DNA of 33,193 bases from Hydrurus foetidus (lineage: Eukaryota), in the NCBI GenBank assembly GCA_900617105.1, contig UYFQ01000683.1:62001-95193 (forward strand), given 5' to 3'. The notes beneath the pieces are model-generated. The model made no database searches. It was not told where the DNA came from and saw only the letters and a list, made by a program, of their open reading frames with translations. Shown in pieces: positions 11,010-21,300 of this stretch. A program made the translations under genes and the position numbers. Positions within the stretch are counted from its first letter, which is position 1. Each line of letters opens with the position of its first letter.

Positions 11010-11919
11010 TCAATTGGAGCTCGAATACACGGTATGCTGATATCCAAGGAGTGTTGAGCGCTCATCTTTGATGGTCAAACTGATGGCTGTACATATTGGA
11101 GCGCATTGTTCGACACCCTACAGAATATATTCATTACGTCAGCACTATTGTTTTTAAAGTAAAGCTACTATGAACGAAGCACCTTACCGGGATAGTAATG
11201 ACGACAACTCGGGAGTCTGCTTCTGCGGCTAGTGGAAATCCATAGATACCAAACAGCATTAGCTGGAAGCTGGATAATAAAAATCCTATGGCTGATGGAA
11301 GCCATAAGATTGGGTCATCAACTACCATGTATCCATATAGTGACCACGATAGACTGTTTAGGAAAGCCATCAGGCTCGTTGCGAACGGCATCGAATCTGT
11401 TCTCCGTTCCTTTAAAACGACGGATACCGTTGACAACGGTGACCCCATAAGTAATATGGAGACGAATACTCCAACTAAACCCAGAGTAACGGTGTCTCCA
11501 GCTATTCCAAAGAATATTGAAGGCATCACAACGATAAAGGCAACTGAGTAGAGAAAGTTGGAGATTCCCTTCTGTGAGTTTTTCTGGAAAATAATCACAC
11601 AGATGGCACCGACAAGAATCGCTGTAAAGTTAGGAATTAGAACAGTCCAGTCTTTCTGAGCACATCCGTAGATGAACCATACACATCCGTTTGTGAAAAG
11701 CGAAAGAAAAGGGATTGGACTCAATGATCCAACGCTCTTATTGTACGATATTGTCGCAGCAGTCTTTAAGGACGAAATTTGCATACCCATGAAGAAAAGC
11801 GGACCTGCTACACTCAAAATTGCTGCTGGGAGTCCGGCGGATTTGAAGGTTACAAAAGGAATGGCGGACGAAGCTGCCAAATGCATGTGATTTGCTTTCA
11901 TGGTGTGTAGTACTTTCAT
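11010..11919 (-). CDS. SWEET (MtN3/saliva) sugar transporter, ~279 aa
   Basis: Two MtN3 repeats: SVGSLSPIPFLSLFTNGCVWFIYG...IPN and GSPLSTVSVVLKERRTDSMPF...WSLYG. Exons 11919-11188 and 11117-11010, with a 70-nt GTAAGG...TAG intron; the unspliced ORF would end at 11134. Confidence 0.9.
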
Positions 11920-13084
11920 GATGAGATGTTTTCTCCACTTTCATAGAGTATCCTATCTCCCAGGATTTTGGCTGGTAGCTCCTTTGGGTAAAGCATTGGA
12001 AGAATCCTCTCACTACTCGAAAGGCTCTAAACTCTCTGAATCATTCCCTTTAGCGGGCATTATCAGAGATTCACTCCTAAGAAAGCGTCAGAAGAAAATT
12101 CAGATATAGGAACTGCCGGAAGCATGAAAAGACGAAAGTGCGAAAGTTGAAATTTGAAATTTGAAACTCAACTTCAAACTAGGGTATGAACGTATGAACC
12201 CAGAACTCGAACCCAGAACTCATACTCCGAACTCCAAAACCTTAACTGCGGACTTCTTGTGATAGTTATGGTCTTTAGTGACACCGCTTTACGAGCAGAA
12301 TTTGAGGAAAATCTGCAGTTTGAAGCACACACAATGCCCCCTATACATCATCTATCATGCGGCTTAGAAACGGTGTATCATTACTCATTTTTTTTTAAGT
12401 CAGTACCTTTTCGATGAAAATTGATATTACAAAGAGATTGCCCGGGTTATTCATTTTTTCTTTTCTTTTCTATTCTCCTCTTTTCTTTTCTTTAATATTC
12501 ATTTCAAGAGTCACCGGCCGTATTCGAGCTCTACTTTCTTACCTCTACTCCCAAATCCGTTTCCCGCAAAGAAATCGTGATTCTTCGAGACGGACCAAGG
12601 CCCTTGTTTCGATGATCGAGATGGTTACTTTCAGCTGTTTGGTAGTACTTTGTCTTCACAAAAGATAATTATCGCTTGATACGTAAGCATGTAACCGATC
12701 TGTTTAAGATGTCCTGATTCTCTAAAAAACTGAGACAGCAGAAGTTTGATATTCCGTGCAATTCATACTAGAGCACCTGTATGAATTGTAATGTCAGCGT
12801 GTCGCGGGACTTCTGAATTAAAACCATGTGATAATTCTGTCGTCATAACAAGATTTTGCATGGTTGTGAAAATCAATATGCTTCCTAATTGTTTTTTACG
12901 AGCTCATATAGAAATTTTAACACATTTTATACAGAATAATATGCCGACACAGAAAGATCTTATGGTCTGATAGTAATTCCGCACATGTCTTGCACACAGA
13001 ATTTATCGATAAGTTTCAAAATGCGATAGTTTGAAACCTGTAGAATAACGAAAGTCAAGCAGACTACTACTGTGCCGTCCCCTG

Positions 13085-14869
13085 TTAACGAATGTCAGAT
13101 AAATCTCTAGTTGTTCGATCATTTATCAATAAGTTCTGCGTTAAGTTTCTTTTTTCCTTTTTAGTGGCGCTTTCATCCGCACTATCATCACCGTCATCAT
13201 CGTTAGTTTTCTTTTTACCTGGAGATGGCGTTCTCCCGCTGCCACTCTCATTGAAAAGTAAAATCCTATTTAAATGATCTTCATCTATACCGGCAGAGGA
13301 CACAGATTTATCGAAAGCAACAGGCAGTGATCGACCAGCACACCCCGTACCTTTATCCCACACAACTTCTTTCGCTATGAGTTGTACACCGCTTTCTCTG
13401 GCTCTTAATAGCATTTGAGCGAACACCATATCTGCTTCGTGACATGGTCGAAAGGCTTCACAATCACTTCTATTGATGATAAAAAGGATCGCTGACTTCA
13501 CATTCCTGCCTTGAGAATCGATAGTGCCATGCATGCAGGTCAGTTCATGGACGTGTTTGATTGCTCTGTCAGAAACAACACCTATCTCAGCTTTCTTCGA
13601 CCCATGTGGGAAAATAGCATGTCTCTTGTAGTCTGAGCCATCCGGTAGTTGAGGGACAACAGAGTACACACCTATTTCACTCCTCCCCGCTGGAACAGAC
13701 CCATGAATATAGTCAGCTCCGACCACATTCTTCACTTCCACAAGTGTGATGCAATTGTTCTCTATATCTTGTACTACGAAGTCCACACGAGACTTTCCGA
13801 ATGTTTGTTGACGCAAAACATTCTCCAAGTCGTACAATCCTAACTCTTCTGTCAATAGACCTCCTTCCAAGAGCACTCTAGCGGCACGCTCTGCGAGGTT
13901 TGGATGACACGCTACAGTGACGACTCCTCCATCTTCTCTTTGTTCTTCGCAGAATTGCACCGTGAATCTTGTTTTTGTGTTCGAGTCATTAGGAGTGCAA
14001 TGAACAACTGCACCAGGGACTATCATTCCTGCACAATCCAATGCGGGTGTATGTCCTAAGTGAATATCCTTTGGGTCTACCATCGATCTTAGATAATTCG
14101 AAAGGGCGGTCTTAAGGAGTGTCTTGTCTTTTTGGGAAACTTTCTTCGCAGATCCCTTAACAGGAGTAATCTTCTCCTCACCCGGTATCACAAGTTCTGA
14201 TCGGCAGTAAGATGCAGGTTTCTCCATGAGATCAGCAACGTAAGGCGTTTTGATGGATGTTGATGGCCTAGAAATGACTACCATAGACGTGAGATCGCCT
14301 AAATCAACAAGTAGGTGATGTGAGTTCTCTCCATTTGTCGCGGACTTTTTAATTGGTGGCCTAGATTTTTCTCCTTTATCTGCTTTCAAAACAACATCTT
14401 TGGTCTTCTTTGGTAATCTAGCAATTTTCTCTTTTTTGAGGACTACAGCGACAACATCGTCAGGGCTTCCAAATGACTCCAATGTTTCTCCTTCTTTGAG
14501 CACTGCAGTTCCTATGCTGCCGATGATGCCTTCAACTTTGATCGCCCCATCATCTGATATAACTTCATTTCCATCAATATTGGCCACTTTTCTCTTTCTC
14601 TCCATTTTCGGCTTCTTATTTGCCACTACGATCTCATCAAGTTTTGCCAGAGCAATAACTTCATTGTCGTCAACGTAGACAGCAGGGACAGTGTTGCACT
14701 TTCTGGCCAGCCTGGACCTCATGATTGATATATGACTCCTCGAGTATGTGAGAGGAAAAGATGTCGTGCAGTATTGATTCCGAGATGAGATGAGACACGC
14801 GACCAGCGCCTTTCTCAGAATAGATGCTACAGGAGCTGATTTTCTCCGGATTTGGAGGCAAGTTTTCAT
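13085..14869 (-). CDS. sfsA: SfsA-family (PD-(D/E)XK) DNA/RNA nuclease with long N-terminal extension, 594 aa
   Basis: Motifs RPSTSIKTPYVAD, ACHPNLAE, GKSRVDF, LVEVKNV, AIFP, VSDRAIKHVHEL, LFIINRSDCEAFRPCHEAD and ARESGVQ. Intronless. Confidence 0.85.
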   Translation of the reverse strand: MKTCLQIRRKSAPVASILRKALVACLISSRNQYCTTSFPLTYSRSHISIMRSRLARKCNTVPAVYVDDNEVIALAKLDEIVVANKKPKMERKRKVANIDGNEVISDDGAIKVEGIIGSIGTAVLKEGETLESFGSPDDVVAVVLKKEKIARLPKKTKDVVLKADKGEKSRPPIKKSATNGENSHHLLVDLGDLTSMVVISRPSTSIKTPYVADLMEKPASYCRSELVIPGEEKITPVKGSAKKVSQKDKTLLKTALSNYLRSMVDPKDIHLGHTPALDCAGMIVPGAVVHCTPNDSNTKTRFTVQFCEEQREDGGVVTVACHPNLAERAARVLLEGGLLTEELGLYDLENVLRQQTFGKSRVDFVVQDIENNCITLVEVKNVVGADYIHGSVPAGRSEIGVYSVVPQLPDGSDYKRHAIFPHGSKKAEIGVVSDRAIKHVHELTCMHGTIDSQGRNVKSAILFIINRSDCEAFRPCHEADMVFAQMLLRARESGVQLIAKEVVWDKGTGCAGRSLPVAFDKSVSSAGIDEDHLNRILLFNESGSGRTPSPGKKKTNDDDGDDSADESATKKEKRNLTQNLLINDRTTRDLSDIR

Positions 14870-15703
14870 AGAATACTGTTGGCAGTCGTTTCAGTCACAA
14901 GAAACCACACCATAACTGACTGAAGAAAGAGAATTGATGTTTAGTTTCCCTAGTTGATTGATAAAGACTAAAGACGAATCAAGGTGGCCAAAGTGTGCAG
15001 AACGATGGAATGACAGTTGAGTTCTCAGTTCTCTTCTCTGTGTACGTCACCGTGTGACAGTTCGTTATCCTGCCTGGATGAATGTCATACTAGATTACTA
15101 GAGAAGGGATCCTAAATGCTGAATGTCGTAGACAATTCTTGCAAGATTTTGAGAAGATTTGCGATGGTCGCTAGACAATACTGCGTGTAACCCCTGATTA
15201 TGTACAATTGTTTGCGTGCGTAGTATTCTAGTCCAACGTTTTTGATGATAGTAATGGTGGGATGGTGAAGTGTATCTGATTTTTGTTGGCTAACTTGTGT
15301 TCCAGTGTACTCTTTTACAAGTGTTTAGTAGATAATGTGTAGTATAGCGTTTCACAATTTTCAAAGGAGATTTCCAAGTTCAAGACCTGGTGTTTATCTT
15401 AGACGCTGTTGGAGATGGTTGAGCAAAGCACAATTAAGATTATCAACCAACCGTACGAAACTAGAAATCGGATTTGACATGGATATGTTCTCCTCAACAC
15501 CGCATGGCAAGTATATTCGACAAAATGTAAAATTTGGCAGTCAACTGACTATCTAATCGCATCAACTTTCGTATCCTCGCAAAGTAGATTAGAAACGATT
15601 ATTCTTGGCTGTACGACTGTACAGTATCCTAGACGTCACTAATCGTCAATTACTCTTAGCACCATTTCTCATATGCCCTCCTACCGTGAGAGACTCAGTC
15701 TCC

Positions 15704-16005
15704 GCTGCTCATTCTCGCTGAGACAAAAGCCATTGATTCCTATGACGACTTAGACTTGGAATCTCCGGTCTTAGTTCCGCGACCCGGACCTTCAAGCGGT
15801 GAGAATTGTGAAATGTCCGGCTCCAAGTCCCTCAAGCTGACGGCTGCGACAGCTGCTGCAATAGGTGCAGATTCGTCGTCATCATCAGATGTGAAGGTTG
15901 GGAGTGGGAGTGTGGGTGGGAGTGTGGGTGTTGCTGAGAGGGTGCAGGACAGCGCCACTAGAGAAGCCCTCGCAGAGAGATGGCGCAGAGCCTTTCTACG
16001 GGCTA
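15704..16005 (+). repeat. Inverted dispersed copy of 23786-24075 (exon 4 of the p400-like gene)
   Basis: This 302 bp matches the reverse complement of 290 bp at 23786-24075. It is identical except for six clustered transitions and a net 12-bp expansion of a GGGAGT/GTGGGT tract. Confidence 0.95.
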
Positions 16006-16162
16006 GGGAGCACTTCTCAACTGCACTCAATAAAAGTAACCTTATGAGAAAAATACAGAACCTGGACCGGGCTAGCTTGATGAAAAGAAAGTAATATCTG
16101 GAAATAACACTTCCGAATAATTTCCCCTGTCCTTATTGTTGTTGAAATAAAACTTGATGGGG

Positions 16163-17446
16163 TCATATATTTCCCCTAGGGGGTAAGAACCGGTCCCTCT
16201 CTCCAGTGTTATCGTAGTCGTCTTCTTCCTCCGCATTTATGGAATGTCTGTCGTCTGCATAGTAACCGGTTTCTTGGGAGAGTCGCGCTATAATGGCTTC
16301 GATGACTTCCGGTTGGCTGGAAGAACCGCCCCGCTTCCCCGGTATACGCGGAGCAAAGTCGTATGCATGTCTTTCCACACTGACGTACACGTTGCCATCT
16401 TTTTCCTCACTGTTGTCAACGATTATAGAGTCGACGCGATAAAATATCAGTATGATACAAATCGGGAATATTTCACAGAAAAAGAAGTAGAAATAGACCA
16501 AGAATAGAGAAAGCGCTGAGTTAGTTGGCACGGTCTTTCCGCTCATAAAGATAGTCGCGCATGCCTTCAGGATAAGGGCAACGATACAAATAGCAGCTAG
16601 CAGCCGTAAGGAAAAAAGGCGATCTCTCCTAGCGGTTACAGGGAGAGGAACATTCTCAAGCTCCAGTGCAGCAACATAGGCGTAATATGCGAACATGAGG
16701 GCTGCAAATAAATACGTCGTAGTCACCAGTATGGCATACTGCAGAAAGATGTAGTCTACATCATTGGCATAGTAGATGCTGACGATGATGGAGCAGATGG
16801 TCACTCCGAAGAATGCGATGACGTTTACTATGTACGTCATGGGACGAACAATGCACTGGTAAATATCTGTCCGGTCGATTGAAATGTAGTACAGCTCTGC
16901 CCAGAAAAGCGCGAGAATGGAAGCCAAAGTGAAGAAAATAGTGTTGGATACTTCATCTAGACTGTAGAATTCGACCTTCGTCCTGTAAACCTTCCCAACA
17001 ACAGGATCCCAGGAATGAATCGCGCAAACAAAGAAGGCAGCTCGAACTGTAATACAGTGTTCATGAGGAAGGATAGATGGTTTTTAGCAATCGCCCTCAA
17101 TGAGAAGATGTTGGCGAGTTCGATATGGAACTTTTTCAAATTACGACTGACTTCGATAAGAAATATACCTGCACAGAGTCCAACGACTATCAAATGGACG
17201 AGCTGCTGCACAGTCACTCGATTAATGCAGCTCAAGCTGTTAAGAGCAACAATGCGCGTGGTGTTGAGGTTCGAAAAATCTGAAGTCAGTTGTGATCAGT
17301 TAAAACAGCTAAAACGTGATCGAATACCTGCACGAGATGCCTTCATCACGTTTCTGCAATCGCGTCAGCTGAATGACAGATATAGTCCCAAGTATGAGAT
17401 ATGAGGCATCCAGCATCCAGCAAATGAAGTCGAAGCTATACGTCAT
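16163..17446 (-). CDS. TOM1/TOM3/THH1 (DUF1084; GPR137-like) multi-pass membrane protein, ~356 aa
   Basis: Exons 17446-17328, 17236-17169 and 17046-16163. Spliced sequence SVIQLTRLQ...TVQQLVHLI...VRAAFF...IFFTLASILALFWAELYY...YFFFCEIFP parallels the TOM1 family. Confidence 0.85.
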
Positions 17447-18379
17447 TGTCAGCCACTTGAGTTTCGTCAAGCTGAAGATGCCCACGATAAAGCCACGAAA
17501 AACTGCATTCAGAAGTAAAATCTTTTTGCGTCTGCTGGCGGGCAGACCGCAAAAATTACTGCGGTAATGGAGGACATTTGTTTTGAATGCGCTACAATGA
17601 TCCGGTGCTACGGTCGATTTTCTATTTCCTTCTCATCATGTCCAACAATCCCCGACGACTGTTCATAACAGGTCACATGCAGGGTTTGATGAAACATTTG
17701 CAGGAGGCTTTCGACATTTCCACAAAAATTAAAAATTGGTAATTCCAGATTTTTTGACCAAATCCGTATTTCACCGAATTCAACAAGCGAGGGTTGCGGT
17801 TGGGGGATTTGAGATTCGATTGCGATGTTGTCTTCATTCTTCACTCTGATTACCGTCACTAATCACCAAGGTCAAAATTACGGTTATTATGCGCTTCGAA
17901 GTGTACGAGACCGTGCTGTAGATTTTCGTGGATTTGGGTCTGAATTTTTACCGTCTTTCTCGGTGACACCAGCCTGTAAAAAAAAAAGAAAAAAGTGTCT
18001 CCATTCTCCTCTACGAGATGATGAATGAGCTGTGCCGCTAGTTATTAAGTCCGTCCAGTGCTTAGAGAGGACGCAAAACAAAACTACAAGCCAGCACAGA
18101 GTGACTCGCCCAACAACCATTCGGGATGCATGCGAGCTTGAAGCTTTGCAACACTATCTGAGGACAAGAATATCAGGTGTGTCCTATCTTGGCCGATTCG
18201 CCGATGATCAGTGGAATGAAAAAAAAGAAGTTGTATAAATTGATAAATTTTTCATTACTTCTAATATCATCTATGTCATCAAGTGATGATCGATTTCTTA
18301 TAAGTGGCCCTGCTTCACAAATTTGATTAATTGGAGAATATCTGAGCCTTCTGAGTTCTTCAAACTATCTTGAATGCTG

Positions 18380-21300
18380 CTAACGCAATTTCTTCAGTAG
18401 CTCTTTTATTTGAATTTTCTTGTCCGCTTCTTGAAGTGTTCTTGAACTCATGATGGCTTGTGCCTGTGCCTTCACATCCGGTCTGTTCAAAAGCATTCTC
18501 TGCATATCCTCGGAGCTCCAACTCACGTTCGAACCAACGGCCTGTGGCCTCACCGGTACCGGTCCCGCCCCCAGACCCGGGACCCTGGGACTCTCCCCAG
18601 ATCGTGCACCCATGGAACTTGGGTCAGCCACTCCAGGGGCATTTCCTTTGGCATTTGCAGCAGGGAGGTTTCTCGTCTGGGCTGTGGGGTCATCTGTCGT
18701 AGGTGGGACTGCTAATACGCGAGTTGGGACACTACCTACTCCTCTGACACCCTCCGTGTAAGCTGTGTTCAATAATTGCATGATGAGAGAATAAAATTAG
18801 TCAAAATGTCTGAGATGAAAATGAACGATTACAAGCGAAGTGAGGCCGGTAAGCATCTTATCTAATGTCATCTCACGTGTGGGCTGTGCGGAGAGTACGT
18901 TCTGCTGACCGGGATGCCCCACACCAAGGGGTGGACCTTGGATCTGATTCTGTCCCAGGGGTGGCTGGAAGTGAGCACCCTTGAGCTGCAATTGCTGGTG
19001 CTGATCTTGTTGAAAATGATGACGGGAGGAGTGGTCTGTAGACTGCAGCTGCTGCTGCTGTTGTTGTACGTATGAGTTAGGATAGCCTGCTGTTGAGGGG
19101 GCAGCGAATGGATACAGTGGGAGTGCTCCTTGCTGATTAGGCACTGACAGGGCTGCCGGTCTTTGCTGCTGTTTAGAAAACAATTTAAGATGGTGAAATG
19201 AATAACAATGTTTTTCGTATGAGATGTGCGAAAGGAACAAATAAAATGTAAAAATGCACCATGTTGAGATCGGTCAAAAATAAAATAAGTTGAAAACGGG
19301 GGGTTAGAAAATCAGACTGCGTGACTGACTACCTGTTGATGTACCTGATGTTGCATCGGGTGATGAGCCCCAAGGGGAACAAGGACGCCACTCGATAAAA
19401 TTCCAGATCCGGTTCCATGTCCCTGTCCAAGTCCTAGACCGGTGGGGGCTTGGCCGGAATTGACCGTGGTCGGGTGGTGCTGGGATGTTTGGGGTGGACC
19501 TTGGGGGTAGGGGGCGTACATACTGTTGGGCTGCGGGTAGGGCTGTAAAACCGACCCAGTTTGGTGTAGCGTAGTGTGGCATAGTGCAGAATTGAATAGG
19601 GAGATGGATAGAGAATAGACGAGTGCGCTTTGTTAGTTTGCAATGCATGGTATATGAAATCTAATGTGTAGAAGGTAACTTGGAAATTCACCAAAAATAG
19701 ATTGAAATAGAGTAGATGACTGTCTCACCCTCATGGCGGCCGTGAGCACGGCTGATGCGGTCAACGCAGCCATCGGTTTCATCCCGTCTTTCTCCAAGGG
19801 CATCCCCACACTGAAGTTGGACATGCTATAAGCAATTCCTGATGAAGCCATGCCACCTGCAATTTGGGGTAATTGGTTCTGAGACCCCACACGGGACATC
19901 CCAATTAGGGGGTTGTGCAGGTGCATGGCGGAGGGCGAGCTGTGCTGTCCTTGACCCAACCCTGGTCCCTGCCCTTGCTGTATGCTAGCAGCTGTGATAG
20001 CGCCTATCCTTGGGGACATCTCAGAACCCATCGCCCCGACCCCAACCCCCTGATACATACCTTGGGAAATGAGGGAGTATAACGGTCTCTGGCGTAACAG
20101 TCTTGCAGCAGATGCGGCTGACTGTGCAGCGGCATATGCGATTTGTTGTTCTCTATCAATGACTTGCAAGTGACTCTGCCGTATGCTCTCCGCTTCCTTC
20201 TCCGCCGCATCCCGTATGCTAGCAGCAGCTGCCAATTGATTTAATTCCTCCTCCCTAGCTGACCTAATCTTAAGAACGATTTTACTAGGAGGGAGTGCTT
20301 GATGCACCTGGCTGGACAGCAGAGCCAGTCGATGAGAAGGATGAGCGAACCCCATGCTGGCAATAGAACCTTTCCCTCCCTTCCCCATGCCTATCCCTAT
20401 GCCCTTTCCTTTCCCTTTACCCATTCCGATCCCCATGGAGGAATACTGATTAGTACCGGATAAACCATTTCCCCCGCGGGAAATGTCTCCGTCACTTTCG
20501 TAATGAGGCATGTTCCCCCTAAAGGGCGGAGATCCTAATAGTGCGTCATTCCCTACGGGGAACATTCCTGAAGGAATGTTGACGCCTGTTAATAGAGAAA
20601 ATAAAGAATACAGAATACAGAATGCAGTGAGGATTGAGGTCAGAATCGATACGATGATGCACATGCGGTGTACAGAGGGTGGGCATCAAATGGTAGAAGA
20701 AAAGAAAGAATGAGAAACGAAACGGGACACACCAGGCAGAGGAGGAGGTGGCGGTTTCCTGCTTTCCACTTCTCTGATGGCCGTCCTCACGCTGGCCACA
20801 ATGGTGTTCATTCCTTTATACGGAGGGCGGGGTAGACTGTTCTCCACAGGGTTGTGCCAGTCTGGATGGAAGTCTGTGGAGCATGAGAAGAGGCGCTCTG
20901 TGCCCAGTTTGCCCTTATGACTGTTGGCATCAGACCAAGTGCTTCTCTGTGACCCTCTCTCAAAGACCGGTGAAGTGATAGCCGAAGTAAGAGGATTTTG
21001 GCCGGGTATTAGGTCTACCGTGAAGGGGTCGTCATCCCGCTCATCCGGCCCAAACCCGAATCCCAAGTCGATATCATCAGGATCACCACCATTGCCTGCT
21101 AGACCAGCGAATAGAAAATTGTCCAGATCAACAGGGGGGTGGTCTGATAGTGTGGGGGAGAGGGGGAGACTTGTAGGACGGGGAGATGGCAGAGCGGACA
21201 CTTGGCATGCAGACCAAGCACTCTTCGCCCCTGAACTGAAGAAGGTCCATGCCATCCCATTGTCTCCGTCTCTGTCTCTTGTATCGCTCCTCTCGTAGGC

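Noticed and set aside
11010..14869. SWEET plus 'sugar fermentation stimulation' gene as a sugar-use cluster
   Set aside because: The SfsA name is historical and the protein is a nuclease-fold family member; nothing beyond adjacency links the two.
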